Origin: Bacillota bacterium | GTDB taxonomy: Bacteria; Bacillota; UBA994; UBA5500 | DNA length: 63,365 nt | Direction: 5' to 3' | NCBI GenBank assembly: GCA_041686915.1 | Contig: JAWLDB010000002.1 | Coordinates: forward strand, 1 to 63,365 | In this document: positions 33,439 to 43,119 of the stretch, in pieces | Numbering within the stretch: the stretch's first letter is position 1 | Layout: each line of letters starts with the position of its first letter | Position numbers and translations under genes: made by a program | Notes under the pieces: model-generated | What the model was told of the DNA's origin: nothing | What the model saw: only the letters and a program-made list of their open reading frames with translations | The model's database searches: none

Positions 33439-34581
33439 CTACCTCCTGGCTGGATATTCTGATAGCACTTCCAACACCCGCTCAACATCTTGCAGCGAGT
33501 TATAAGCGTGCAGCCCCATCCTTAGACCAAACCTGCGTGCACTAGCCTTCACATTGTTAGCGGCTAGATGCTTGACCAAAGCATAACCATTCTGCATTCG
33601 TACACAAATGATATGCCGACGCTGCCGTTCATCCTGTGGCGTATCAATAGTATATCCCAGCTTGATCAGACCGCGCACCAGCTCTTGTGTAAGGTCGCAG
33701 ACATGCTGTTCTATCTTCTCAACCCCAAGACTGAGAATTAAGTCCAGGGCCTTGTCCATCTGAGCGAGAACTGCCAGGCTCTCTGCCCCCTGTTCGAGCA
33801 CCTCAGCACTCCTGGTATAGGTGTAGCTAGAACTGGTGTACTTTCCCCCAATAATTCCATGTTCACCTTCAACGTTCCCCAAGTACAGTTGCTGCGGCTT
33901 AAGGCGCGGAATCAGCTCCTTGCGCACGTAGAGGAAGCCACTACCATGAGCTGACAGCAAGCCCTTGTAGGCGGCAGCCGCTACAACGTCTGCCCCGAGC
34001 TGCCTTGGGTAAACCGGAAGAACACCTACAGCTTGGACAGCGTCAACCGCTAATAATGCACCAGCGTTATGAGCAATTCTGGAAAGCTCGCGGGCATCAA
34101 GCAGGGCCCCTGGGTAGAACGAGACCAGGGATGCAGCGACCACGCGGGTACGCTCGTCAATGTAGGGCTGATATGCTTCCGGTCGCAGTATCCCATCAGG
34201 ACAGGCCACCAGGCGCACATCTACCCCGCGCTCACGCAAATGCGTCCATGGATAGAAGTTGCTGGCGTGTTCAGCGTCTACAAGGACAACGTTATCTCCA
34301 GGCTGCCAATCGAGAGCACCAGCGAAGATATTAAGGCCGTTGCCTGTACTGCTTGTTAGAGCAAGCTCTTCGGCTTCAGCCCTTAACAGGGTAGCCAGCT
34401 TATGTTTGACTTGGTCAGGCAACACGCGGCTAATACGGTCAGGGTCAAGATTTTCCCACGCCTGCATGATGCCGCAGGCTGCCTCAGTCGCTACGCTCGG
34501 AGTTAGCCCCCTCTGAGCCGAGTCAAGATAAGTGTAATTCTTTAGTATAGGAAACAATTCCCGGAACTCGGTGAACAGCAT
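33439..34581 (-). CDS. Class V aminotransferase / cysteine desulfurase-family PLP enzyme
   Basis: The fold-type I class V pattern is present (YLDSAQRGLTP..., ...AAAAYKGLLSAHGSGFLYV with the PLP lysine). It sits 5 nt upstream of the SDR gene. Confidence 0.75.
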   Translation of the reverse strand: MLFTEFRELFPILKNYTYLDSAQRGLTPSVATEAACGIMQAWENLDPDRISRVLPDQVKHKLATLLRAEAEELALTSSTGNGLNIFAGALDWQPGDNVVLVDAEHASNFYPWTHLRERGVDVRLVACPDGILRPEAYQPYIDERTRVVAASLVSFYPGALLDARELSRIAHNAGALLAVDAVQAVGVLPVYPRQLGADVVAAAAYKGLLSAHGSGFLYVRKELIPRLKPQQLYLGNVEGEHGIIGGKYTSSSYTYTRSAEVLEQGAESLAVLAQMDKALDLILSLGVEKIEQHVCDLTQELVRGLIKLGYTIDTPQDERQRRHIICVRMQNGYALVKHLAANNVKASARRFGLRMGLHAYNSLQDVERVLEVLSEYPARR

Positions 34582-34713
34582 CTTCATGCCACCTTTCTTT
34601 ACGTCTCTTAGTTTTATGGTTAGGCATCCCTTTACGCTTTTCCTGCCCTCACTATGTCAAGTAGGGAGGCAGTTGCATAAAACATTGTAGAGGGACTATT
34701 TGGAGGGATGAGA

Positions 34714-35358
34714 ATGCCTGAAACGCGACAACAACAGCGCACACGGTATAGCAGACGGCGTGCGGCTAGCTTTGCCCTTTATCGCTATGACAACCCCAGC
34801 CCCCTAGTGGCAAACATGGATACTATGGGTGGCGGAGGTGATTGCACCAACTTTACTTCCCAGTGTCTGTATTATGGCGGCTTTCGGATGGACTACCGCG
34901 AGGCTGGTCAAGCGACCGAATGGTGGTATCGAAGGATTGGAGAAGAGCCGTTTGACCAGAACAATGATGACTGGTGGTCCTGTACCTGGTCTCTACCCGA
35001 AACTCAATTTCAATACTTGAGGGAGAACCATGGCCAGGCAGTTGACCTGCTTGAACGGCCTGAACTAGCCAGGCGACTACTCTTAGGAGACCTAATCTAC
35101 TACGATTGGTACGGGGAAGATAGATTCGGTCACAGCGCTATCATAACCGCTTTTAACCGTTATCACGTACCTTATGTTACATACCGGACATTAGCGCCAC
35201 TTGAGCCGCAGCGGAATGTTCACTGGTCCTTACGGTTCCGCCGCGAGGCCAAGCGCATTTGGGCTATACACCTGGACGATAGACCGGTGGTTTACCCGGC
35301 TGAGCCTGATTGGGAGCAGCTAATACCCTGCGACCAGCTTCGCAAAACGAGCAAATAA
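34714..35358 (+). CDS. Putative amidase-domain (NlpC/P60-like Cys-His) protein
   Basis: GGGGDCTNFTSQCLYYGG (catalytic Cys region) and GHSAIIT (His) match the 'putative amidase domain' family of Firmicutes. Confidence 0.6.
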   Translation: MPETRQQQRTRYSRRRAASFALYRYDNPSPLVANMDTMGGGGDCTNFTSQCLYYGGFRMDYREAGQATEWWYRRIGEEPFDQNNDDWWSCTWSLPETQFQYLRENHGQAVDLLERPELARRLLLGDLIYYDWYGEDRFGHSAIITAFNRYHVPYVTYRTLAPLEPQRNVHWSLRFRREAKRIWAIHLDDRPVVYPAEPDWEQLIPCDQLRKTSK

Positions 35359-35362
35359 GATT

Positions 35363-35390
35363 AAGGGCGGTCTCTGATCCGCCCTTTTTC
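35363..35390 (+). terminator. Rho-independent terminator
   Basis: GGGCGG-TCTCTGAT-CCGCCC followed by TTTTTC. Confidence 0.8.
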
Positions 35391-35473
35391 TCTTGCCCGG
35401 CAGGTAGACGACGGAAATCCGTCGAAATGAAATGGGAAAACCAGCAGTTCGGGGCAGGGGGAAGTTAGACAAA

Positions 35474-36088
35474 ATGATGACTGGCTACTTAGAGATAATC
35501 ACTGGCGGAATGTTTAGCGGCAAATCCAGTGAACTAATCAGGCGGGTGAAACGGGCACAGTATGCCAAGAAACGCATACAACTGTTCAAACCGGTAATTG
35601 ATAATCGCTATAGCAACAACGAGATCGTGTCACATGACCGGCATTCTTTGGCTGCCGAAAACGTGGCTAACATCGAAGACATTCTATTGATGGTCAAGCC
35701 GGATACTGATGTGGTTGCAATCGATGAGCTACATTTCTTTGATCCTGAGCAGACTATCCGAACGGTCCAGGCACTGATAGTAGGCGGGAAAAAGGTAATT
35801 GGAGCCGGGCTTGATATCGATTTCGCCGGCAGGCCATTTGGAGCGATGCCACATTTGATGGCTATAGCTGACGAAGTGGACAAGATCAAGGCTATCTGCA
35901 TTCGCTGCGGAGGCAAGGCATACATAAGCCAACGTTTGGTGAACGGCAAACCTGCATCTTCCACCGACCAGCAGATTGAGGTTGGCGGTGTCGAGCGCTA
36001 TGAGGCGCGCTGCCGGCGCTGCTGGGAACTGTCGGACATGCCTAACCAAGCAGCGAAAGAAGCGGCTGCTGGAAAGGAAACTGATTAA
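35474..36088 (+). CDS. tdk: Thymidine kinase
   Basis: ITGGMFSGKSSELIRR P-loop, IDELHFF, and C-terminal zinc cysteines (CIRCG...CRRC). Confidence 0.9.
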   Translation: MMTGYLEIITGGMFSGKSSELIRRVKRAQYAKKRIQLFKPVIDNRYSNNEIVSHDRHSLAAENVANIEDILLMVKPDTDVVAIDELHFFDPEQTIRTVQALIVGGKKVIGAGLDIDFAGRPFGAMPHLMAIADEVDKIKAICIRCGGKAYISQRLVNGKPASSTDQQIEVGGVERYEARCRRCWELSDMPNQAAKEAAAGKETD

Positions 36089-36173
36089 ATACACTGTGTA
36101 CTATCCATTTGCGTCGGAAATGCTTTATTAGGAATAGAGAAGTAGGCTAGCGCCAGGCGCTGGGAGGGCACTT

Positions 36174-36797
36174 ATGGCCAGAAATCTTCCGTACGTTGTA
36201 GCAGTTGCTGGAGGCACCGGTTCAGGTAAATCAACGCTTTCAGAGCGCATATGCGAGGCACTACAGGGCGAGGTAGCCTTGATCCGGCACGACAATTACT
36301 ATCGGGATCAAAAGCACCTGCCTTTTTCGGAGCGAGTCAGCAACAATTACGATCACCCGTTAGCCTTCGAGACAGATCTGCTGATTCAGCATTTGGATCA
36401 CCTTAAGCAGGGAGCAGCCATTTACATGCCAGAATACGATTTCACCCAGCATGTACGGCGTCCAACGGAAGTGCGCGTCGAACCGAAGCGCATTATTGTC
36501 GTAGAAGGTATTCTGATTCTAGAACACGCGGAATTACGCAGACGCTTTGACCTGAAGCTGTTTGTGGATACGGACTCAGACATTCGCATCCTGCGCCGCC
36601 TGATGCGCGATATCAATGAACGGGGGCGTTCTGTTGAGTCTGTGGTTGAGCAGTATCTAGGCACAGTCAAGCCAATGCATGAGCAGTTCATTGAACCGAG
36701 CAAGCGTTACGCCGATATCATCGTCCCCGAGGGTGGACGCAATCAGGTAGCGATCGATATGATAGTCTCCCGCTTACGGGCAGCCATCGGCGTGTAA
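36174..36797 (+). CDS. udk: Uridine kinase
   Basis: VAVAGGTGSGKST P-loop, YDHPLAFE and RDINERGR motifs. Confidence 0.9.
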   Translation: MARNLPYVVAVAGGTGSGKSTLSERICEALQGEVALIRHDNYYRDQKHLPFSERVSNNYDHPLAFETDLLIQHLDHLKQGAAIYMPEYDFTQHVRRPTEVRVEPKRIIVVEGILILEHAELRRRFDLKLFVDTDSDIRILRRLMRDINERGRSVESVVEQYLGTVKPMHEQFIEPSKRYADIIVPEGGRNQVAIDMIVSRLRAAIGV

Positions 36798-36811
36798 AGC
36801 AAGGCAAACTC

Positions 36812-36846
36812 AAGACTCCTGGCCGTTGCGGTCTGGAGTCTTTTTC
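36812..36846 (+). terminator. Rho-independent terminator after udk
   Basis: GACTCC...GGAGTC stem followed by TTTTTC. Confidence 0.7.
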
Positions 36847-36920
36847 GCGTTGCGCTCAGATTAATCGCCCTTATGAAGCTGTCACTAGATATAAACTATA
36901 GTCATAGTAAATAAGAGTCA

Positions 36921-36950
36921 TTGACACATATTATTACCCAAACTTATAAT
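36921..36950 (+). promoter_or_regulatory. Sigma-A-type promoter
   Basis: TTGACA - 18 nt - TATAAT, 33 nt upstream of the ATG at 36984. Confidence 0.6.
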
Positions 36951-36983
36951 CGTATCTGCAAGATTGTAAAGGAGGTAACAACT

Positions 36984-37442
36984 ATGACTACTACAAACAG
37001 ACAAGAGATAGTTGACTGCGCCCGGGCAAAGGCTGAGGAATACTTCCGCTCTGGGGGCTATTTCTGTTCTGAGGCAATCGTCGCCACTATCAATGAATTG
37101 CTGGACTCCCCCTTCACGCCTGAGATCGTCCGAATGGCTTCTGGCTTCCCTATCGGCATCGGCAGGTCCGGGTGCGTCTGCGGAGCCATCAGCGGCGGAA
37201 TCATGGCCCTCGGCATGAAGTATGGCCGTACCGAGCCAGGTGCTCCTATGCCAGAGAGCTTCCCGGCGGCGGCTGCATTGCACGACTATGTCATCGAGCA
37301 GTATGGCGCTACCTGCTGCCGTGTAATTACCGCCAAGTTCCCTGAGTTCAACAGTCCCGAGCGTAAGGCTCATTGCATCCAGATCACCGGCGAGGTTGCC
37401 GCCTGGGTAATGGACCGTTTCCTCAGCGCCGAGGAGAAGTAG
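36984..37442 (+). CDS. C_GCAxxG_C_C-family redox-active protein
   Basis: YFCSEAI ... SGCVCGAISGG ... CCRV ... HCIQ cysteine pattern. The ATG follows AAGGAGG. Confidence 0.75.
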   Translation: MTTTNRQEIVDCARAKAEEYFRSGGYFCSEAIVATINELLDSPFTPEIVRMASGFPIGIGRSGCVCGAISGGIMALGMKYGRTEPGAPMPESFPAAAALHDYVIEQYGATCCRVITAKFPEFNSPERKAHCIQITGEVAAWVMDRFLSAEEK

Positions 37443-37445
37443 ACT

Positions 37446-38594
37446 ATGACACCGACTCAACTCGGGCCGGTACAAACACTGGCGATCGCACTTATTGCAC
37501 TGCAACTGGGGTATTTCCTGACAAAGAAAGTAGACTCGCTGAGAAAGCTCTACATACCTGCCCCGGTGGTAGGGGGTCTGCTGGTCGCGCTTGTCACCTT
37601 CTTGATGAGTTCAGCGGGCTTCTCGGCAATTAAGTTTGACCCTACCCTGCAGCCGCTGTTCTTTGCCGGTTTCTTCGCTTCAATTGGCTTTCGCGCCGGC
37701 ACACAATTGCTAAGAGAGGGATTGCCCAAGGCATCAGTCTTCCTAGGTATCACCATCATTGTGGCAGCTCTGCAGAAACTGCTGGCTCTGTTCCTGGCCC
37801 CAGCTTTAGGCTTGTCCAAGGCAGCTGGCCTACTCGTTGGCAGTGGGCATATGGGCGGAGTGGCGTTACAGTCGTTAGCCGTCCCGGTCATGACCAACCA
37901 AGGCAGTGTTGAGCTGATGCCCATCTTGGGGGGCGTCGCGACCTTGGGGTTGTTGCTTGGTGGCTTCCTGGGTGGGCCCTTGTATGCCCTACTGACCAAG
38001 GGGGTACGCAACAAGCCAGCTAATCCACCTGCTATGCCACCGGTCAATCCGCCAGCTATGCTAAAGCATCTTTGCGCCTACTTTGTGGTAGTGGCCCTGG
38101 GCCTAGTCATCGGACCGAAGCTCGCTCCCGGGACACCGTTCTTCGCAGTAGCCCTGGTTGCGGCCAGCATTTGGCGCATCACAGATGACTCTTTTAAGCA
38201 TACGAAGCTGGAACTGCAATGGGTCAACGTCCTGGGTAACGTTTCGCTCTCCATCTGCCTGGTAGTGGCCTTCATGAACCTGGACTTTGGTAAACTGGCG
38301 GTTCTGCCCGCAGGAGCATACCTGTTGGTTGCTGTGCAGATAGCATTGGTATTAGCTGTTTCCGGCCTGCTGGTCTACCGTGTGTTTGGTCACTCTACGT
38401 TCAGCGCCATGGTGGCCGCCGGTCTTCCTGGCTTTGCCATCGGGATGCCGCCAAACACCATGGCCACTCTGCAGAACATTCAGGAGCAAAACTCACCAAT
38501 GCCGCTGGTCACGTTCGTAGTACCGTTTGTAGGCGCTTGGATCATCACCTTCATCAACCCCTGGATCTTCAACTGGGTAGCAAGCCTGCTATAA
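37446..38594 (+). CDS. gltS: Sodium/glutamate symporter (GltS/ESS family)
   Basis: The N-terminus ...LGYFLTKKVDSLRKLYIPAPVVGGLLVALV parallels E. coli GltS (LLGRKLV..FLKKYTIPEPVAGGLLVAL). The protein is polytopic throughout. Confidence 0.75.
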   Translation: MTPTQLGPVQTLAIALIALQLGYFLTKKVDSLRKLYIPAPVVGGLLVALVTFLMSSAGFSAIKFDPTLQPLFFAGFFASIGFRAGTQLLREGLPKASVFLGITIIVAALQKLLALFLAPALGLSKAAGLLVGSGHMGGVALQSLAVPVMTNQGSVELMPILGGVATLGLLLGGFLGGPLYALLTKGVRNKPANPPAMPPVNPPAMLKHLCAYFVVVALGLVIGPKLAPGTPFFAVALVAASIWRITDDSFKHTKLELQWVNVLGNVSLSICLVVAFMNLDFGKLAVLPAGAYLLVAVQIALVLAVSGLLVYRVFGHSTFSAMVAAGLPGFAIGMPPNTMATLQNIQEQNSPMPLVTFVVPFVGAWIITFINPWIFNWVASLL

Positions 38595-38737
38595 AAATGA
38601 GTGAGTGGATGGGACTGTCGCATCCGCTCATTCGCCCCAACTGGACCCGCCCCCATTTTCTCTGCCTTACGCGCAGGTAAAGGTGACCAGGGTGTCAAAC
38701 TCTTGGAAGATAGGATTACGGGTCGAGGAGGAATGAC

Positions 38738-39469
38738 ATGAGAGTTGCATTGATATCCGATATCCACGGCAACGCCACAGCGCTGGAAGCAGTGCTAGCC
38801 GATATTGCCCAGGAACAGGTGGACCAAATCATCTGCCTGGGTGATGTCATCACAGGCGGCCCACAGCCCCAGAGAGTGGTTGCTTTGTTGCGTGATGTGC
38901 AGGTAGTTCTGGTGTTAGGCAACGGTGACCACCGCCTGCATAACCCGATTTCACCAGAAGGCCTGGAAGACCACCTTAGAATCCTGGTTGACACGGAAGC
39001 GTGGGCCAGGCAGGTGCTGCCTGAAGTTGATCTGGCATGGCTGCGGCAGGCTAGCCTGACACATGAGACACAGCTTATAGGCAAGCGCTTGCTATGCTGC
39101 CACGCTTCACCCAGAAGGGTGAGTGAGGGCATTGTAGCCGAACTAACTGACGCAGAACTATCGGAAATACTGCAAGGATACAGCTTTGATATACTGGCTG
39201 CCGGCCACACACACGTACCCATGCTCCGCAAGTACGGCAACAGCGTGCTGATTAACCCAGGAGCGGTAGGCTCACCTACGGGCGAGGGCTCGGTGGCTAG
39301 GTATGCAATGGTATCAATTGCAGACGGGCGCATAGACGTCGATTTCCGCTCAATGAACTATGATATCGCGCCGGCTATCGGACAGGCCTTGACCAACGGT
39401 ATGCCTCACGCAGCATGGTGGGCTAGCAGGTGGAACATTGACTGCACGGGTTTATCAGGTCTGGGTTAA
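38738..39469 (+). CDS. Metallophosphoesterase (YfcE/MJ0936-like)
   Basis: Ordered motifs SDIHGN, GDVITGG, GNGD, GHTH. Confidence 0.85.
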   Translation: MRVALISDIHGNATALEAVLADIAQEQVDQIICLGDVITGGPQPQRVVALLRDVQVVLVLGNGDHRLHNPISPEGLEDHLRILVDTEAWARQVLPEVDLAWLRQASLTHETQLIGKRLLCCHASPRRVSEGIVAELTDAELSEILQGYSFDILAAGHTHVPMLRKYGNSVLINPGAVGSPTGEGSVARYAMVSIADGRIDVDFRSMNYDIAPAIGQALTNGMPHAAWWASRWNIDCTGLSGLG

Positions 39470-39484
39470 TCTGCGACCTAAGCG

Positions 39485-39524
39485 AACGAGACGAAGGGAC
39501 ACTGTCCCTTCGTCTCGTTTTCTC
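39485..39524 (+). terminator. Rho-independent terminator
   Basis: CGAGACGAAGGGACA / TGTCCCTTCGTCTCG long hairpin followed by TTTTCTCTT. Confidence 0.8.
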
Positions 39525-40982
39525 TTATAGCGCAGAGATGGCGCGTTCCAGGCGAACCAGACACTTCTCCTTACCGAGCACTTCCATCGTCGGGAAGATG
39601 GGTGGAGAAACTTTGCCGCCCGAAAGAATTAGGCGCAGGCTCATGAACAGCTCCTTGTTACCCCAGCCTAGCTCTTCCTGCACCTTGTGCAGACCAGCTT
39701 CCAGCTCAGCTTCCTGCCAGTCCATTTCCTGCAGAGCATTAAGAATAGCCTCGAGTCCGGCCTTGCCGTTCTCCTGCTTTTTCAAGGTCTTCTGAATCTC
39801 TTCTACTGGTACTGCCGGCTCCTGGAAGAAGTAGTGCAACCACTGCGATGCCTCGTCCAGGCGGTTGAGACGTTCATGCACAAGTGCAGCCATCTTGGTT
39901 AGCCAATGACCGTCGACGTCACCTTCCACCAAGCCAGCCTTCTGCAGGAAGGGCAGGATGCGGCTGCCCAAATCCTCAGCGCTGATCTTGCGGATCCACT
40001 GACCATTCAGCCAATCCAGCTTCTTGATGTCAAAGATGGCGTTGCTGGCAGTACATTGCTCTAGCGAGAACTTCTCAAGTAAATCATCGATAGTTAGAAT
40101 CTCATTGTCTACCTCGCCGCCCGGGCTCCAACCCAGGAACGCCAGGAAGTTGATCATCGCCTCAGGCAGGTAGCCCATCTCGGCATACTGGCCGATGTAG
40201 GTGGCGCCTTTGCGCTTACTCATCTTGGTGCGGTCCTCATTCAGCATGGTGCTAAAGTGAGCAAACTGCGGCGGTTCCCAACCGAGCGCCTCGTAAATCA
40301 AAATCTGAGGTGGAGTGTTAGCTATATGTTCAGCCGCACGGGTTACGGGGTTGATCTTCATCATATGGTCGTCGATAACCGTAGCGAAGTTATAGACCGG
40401 GATGCCGCTTGACTTAAGGATGACAAAGTCACCCATCAGCGTGGTGTCCACCTCAATCCAACCGCGCACTAAGTCCTGGAATCCAACCTTCTTGTCCGGG
40501 GTCAGCAACCGCACGGTCGGCACCCGACCCTCAGCCCGCAGGCGGTCCTTATCCGCGGAAGGCAAACAACGGCACTTCCCGCTATACTTGATATCCTCTT
40601 TGGCTGCTTGTTGTGCCTCGCGCTCGGCTGCCAATTCTTCCGTCGTGCAGAAGCACTCGTATGCCTTGCCTTCGCTAAACAGCTGGTCCACATACTTACG
40701 ATAGATATCCAAGCGCTCGCTTTGGCGGTAAGGACCGTTCGGGCCGGGCTTATCCGGTCCCTCATCCCAGTCGAGTCCCAACCAGTGTAGTCCACGGAAT
40801 ACGCCTTCCTCGGCCTCTTCCACGTGACGCTTGGTATCGGTATCGTCGATACGCATGATGAAGGTGCCGCCATGTTGTTTGGCGATTAGGTAGTCATAAA
40901 GAGTGGTGCGGGCATGGCCCACATGTGCGTCACCGGTGGGACTTGGTGCCATCCGCACGATAACCGGTGTCTTGAGTTCCAT
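39525..40982 (-). CDS. gltX: Glutamate--tRNA ligase
   Basis: APSPTGDAHVGHARTTLY (HIGH) and KMSKRKG (KMSKS). The ATG at 40982 follows AAAGGAGGA. Confidence 0.95.
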   Translation of the reverse strand: MELKTPVIVRMAPSPTGDAHVGHARTTLYDYLIAKQHGGTFIMRIDDTDTKRHVEEAEEGVFRGLHWLGLDWDEGPDKPGPNGPYRQSERLDIYRKYVDQLFSEGKAYECFCTTEELAAEREAQQAAKEDIKYSGKCRCLPSADKDRLRAEGRVPTVRLLTPDKKVGFQDLVRGWIEVDTTLMGDFVILKSSGIPVYNFATVIDDHMMKINPVTRAAEHIANTPPQILIYEALGWEPPQFAHFSTMLNEDRTKMSKRKGATYIGQYAEMGYLPEAMINFLAFLGWSPGGEVDNEILTIDDLLEKFSLEQCTASNAIFDIKKLDWLNGQWIRKISAEDLGSRILPFLQKAGLVEGDVDGHWLTKMAALVHERLNRLDEASQWLHYFFQEPAVPVEEIQKTLKKQENGKAGLEAILNALQEMDWQEAELEAGLHKVQEELGWGNKELFMSLRLILSGGKVSPPIFPTMEVLGKEKCLVRLERAISAL

Positions 40983-41026
40983 TGCTATGTTCCTCCTTTT
41001 ACTTGAGCGCTGGTGCCGCGACAATA

Positions 41027-41285
41027 GAAAACGCTCACCCCTGGTTCAGGGGTGAGCGCATGCTCACGGTACCACCCTTGGCTCATACAAGTATCAGCCT
41101 AGCTCTTTCCCAGGCAGTTATCTGCCTGCCCCAAGGTAACGGTAGGGGTTCCGTCACGGCCTAGTTTACTTTCAGCCAGCGGCTCTAGGGCCTCTTCCCC
41201 GTCTGCCTGGTACCGGGCTTACACCATCCCCGGCTCGCTTCAACCTGCTCTGACGAATACTAGCTCCCTGTTCAACGCCTTTACA
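41027..41285 (-). promoter_or_regulatory. T-box leader of gltX
   Basis: On the minus strand: GCGTTGAACAGGGAGCTAGTA (stem I base/GA motif), the near-consensus T-box core GGGTGGTACCGTG (41065..41077), and a terminator GCGCTCACCCCTGAACCAGGGGTGAGCG + TTTTCT. Confidence 0.8.
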
Positions 41286-41369
41286 CAATCTACCCATTAA
41301 GGTAATGCAAACATGTCCAAAAGTCAAGCCGGAAGCGAAAAGCCAAGCAGCAGCCTGCCTGGCCAGTTC

Positions 41370-42596
41370 TTAGACCAGTTTCACCAGGTGGTAGTCTTTC
41401 TTGCCCTTGCGCAGCTCGATAACCCCATCCTTGGCATCATCTCTGGTGAGTGCCCGGCCGATGTCAGTCACGCGCTGACCATTTACATAAGCCCCACCCT
41501 GCTGAATGGAGCGGCGTGCCTCACTCTTGGATGAAACTAGCCCAACCTGCACCATAGCATCAAGCAAGCTGAGGCCATCCCCAAACTCGGACACGCCGAT
41601 TTCGGTACTCGGGGTAGCTTCCGTCAGGCCACCACCACTGAAGAGCGCCTTGGCTGCCTCCTCTGCCTTCTTAGCCTCTGCCTCACCATGTACCAGCTTG
41701 CTGATCTCGTAAGCCAAGACTTGCTTGGCTTGGTTAATCTCTGCGCCTTCCAGCGCACCCAATCTCCTGACCTCGTCCATTGGCAGGAAGGTAAAGATTG
41801 CTAGCAGCTTTTCAACGTCGGCGTCATCTATGTTACGCCAATACTGGTAGAACTCGTAAGGCGATGTACGGTTTGCATCGAGCCAAACTGCTCCTGACTC
41901 GGTCTTCCCCATCTTCTTGCCGCTGCTAGTCATCAGAAGCGGTGCGGTGAGAGCGTATGCTTCCTGGCGCTCCAACCGGCGAATCAAATCGGCTCCAGCC
42001 AAGATGTTCGACCACTGATCGTCCCCACCATACTGCAAACGGCAGCCGTATTTGCGGTTTAGCACCAGGAAGTCATAGGCCTGCAGCAGCATATAGTTGA
42101 ACTCGATGAAAGACAGACCTTTTTCCATGCGGCTCCTGAAGCACTCAGCCGTTAACATGCGATTCACCGAGAAGTGAACACCCACTTCCCGCAAGAACTC
42201 GACGTAGTTCATGGGTTTAATCCAATCAGCATTGTTAACAATGATGGCCTTGCCGTCGCTGAAATCCAGGAAGCGGGACAACTGCCCCTTAATACCTTGA
42301 ATGTTCTGCTCGATCTGTTCCATCGTTAGCATCTGGCGCATTTCAGTCTTGCCGCTGGGATCTCCAATCAGGCCTGTGCCCCCGCCAACCACTGCGATCG
42401 GCCGGTGACCATGCCGCTGCATGTGGGCCAGGGCCATGACCGTGACTAGATGCCCTACATGAAGACTGTCAGCAGTAGGGTCATAACCTACATATACAGT
42501 TACCTGCTCCTTCTGCAAAAGTTCAATCAGCGGCTCTTCATGGCTCATCTGCTGCACGAATCCGCGTTCCTTAAGTACATCAAATACGTTGTTCAT
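41370..42596 (-). CDS. tyrS: Tyrosine--tRNA ligase
   Basis: HVGHL (HIGH), KMGKT (KMSKS) and a C-terminal S4-like domain. Confidence 0.95.
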   Translation of the reverse strand: MNNVFDVLKERGFVQQMSHEEPLIELLQKEQVTVYVGYDPTADSLHVGHLVTVMALAHMQRHGHRPIAVVGGGTGLIGDPSGKTEMRQMLTMEQIEQNIQGIKGQLSRFLDFSDGKAIIVNNADWIKPMNYVEFLREVGVHFSVNRMLTAECFRSRMEKGLSFIEFNYMLLQAYDFLVLNRKYGCRLQYGGDDQWSNILAGADLIRRLERQEAYALTAPLLMTSSGKKMGKTESGAVWLDANRTSPYEFYQYWRNIDDADVEKLLAIFTFLPMDEVRRLGALEGAEINQAKQVLAYEISKLVHGEAEAKKAEEAAKALFSGGGLTEATPSTEIGVSEFGDGLSLLDAMVQVGLVSSKSEARRSIQQGGAYVNGQRVTDIGRALTRDDAKDGVIELRKGKKDYHLVKLV

Positions 42597-42715
42597 AGCC
42601 TACCTCCTCTAGATGCAGCTTGCGTCTGACTGCATCTCCAGAAGCAGCCAGAGTTTATTTCCCGTGTATATAGATGTTTATACACTATCATAAGCAGGCA
42701 GCGCTCTGCAATGCC

Positions 42716-43033
42716 TCACCCTGCCCGAGTCCTCTCGCGCCGGCGCACCTGGCTTAACCGGTAGAAAAGCGCCACTGCAGAGATAGCCGGGCCCCAAAGG
42801 GAAGTAGCCAACACCACATCAGCAACCCCATATCCACCCGCCAAGAAGACCATGATAGCCCAGGTAACTACATGGCCCAGTGTGATAATGCCCACGACCA
42901 CAAACAGCTCGGCCAGCAAATCTCGACGGTGAACGAAAGCTGCGCCTACGCTGAACATGGCAGCAACCCCTAGCGCCGTAACAGCTATTACATACAAGTT
43001 CCAAAGCACCCCCTTGTCTCGTTGCCACTCCAT
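42716..43033 (-). CDS. Small hydrophobic membrane protein, unknown function
   Basis: Three predicted TM helices. No recognisable family. Confidence 0.5.
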   Translation of the reverse strand: MEWQRDKGVLWNLYVIAVTALGVAAMFSVGAAFVHRRDLLAELFVVVGIITLGHVVTWAIMVFLAGGYGVADVVLATSLWGPAISAVALFYRLSQVRRRERTRAG

Positions 43034-43119
43034 ATTTCCAGATGTTTAGTTCCCTTTCCTCCCTGTCCTTTGGGTCATTTGAGACCTGTTAACGAATAGC
43101 ATGTATGGGGGTGTTCAGC

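Noticed and set aside
36918-37505. A 195-aa minus-strand ORF.
   Set aside because: It is antisense to the C_GCAxxG_C_C gene and spans a promoter region and a gene junction. It has no SD or family resemblance.
38716-39333. A 205-aa minus-strand ORF.
   Set aside because: It is antisense to the metallophosphoesterase gene, whose ordered DIHGN/GD/GNGD/GHTH motifs make the plus-strand call secure.
42597-42715. A possible T-box or other riboswitch upstream of tyrS.
   Set aside because: The spacer is only ~119 nt. It has no GGUGGUACC-type core and no terminator with a T-run. It contains just an 8-bp hairpin (AGATGCAG...CTGCATCT) ahead of the SD.
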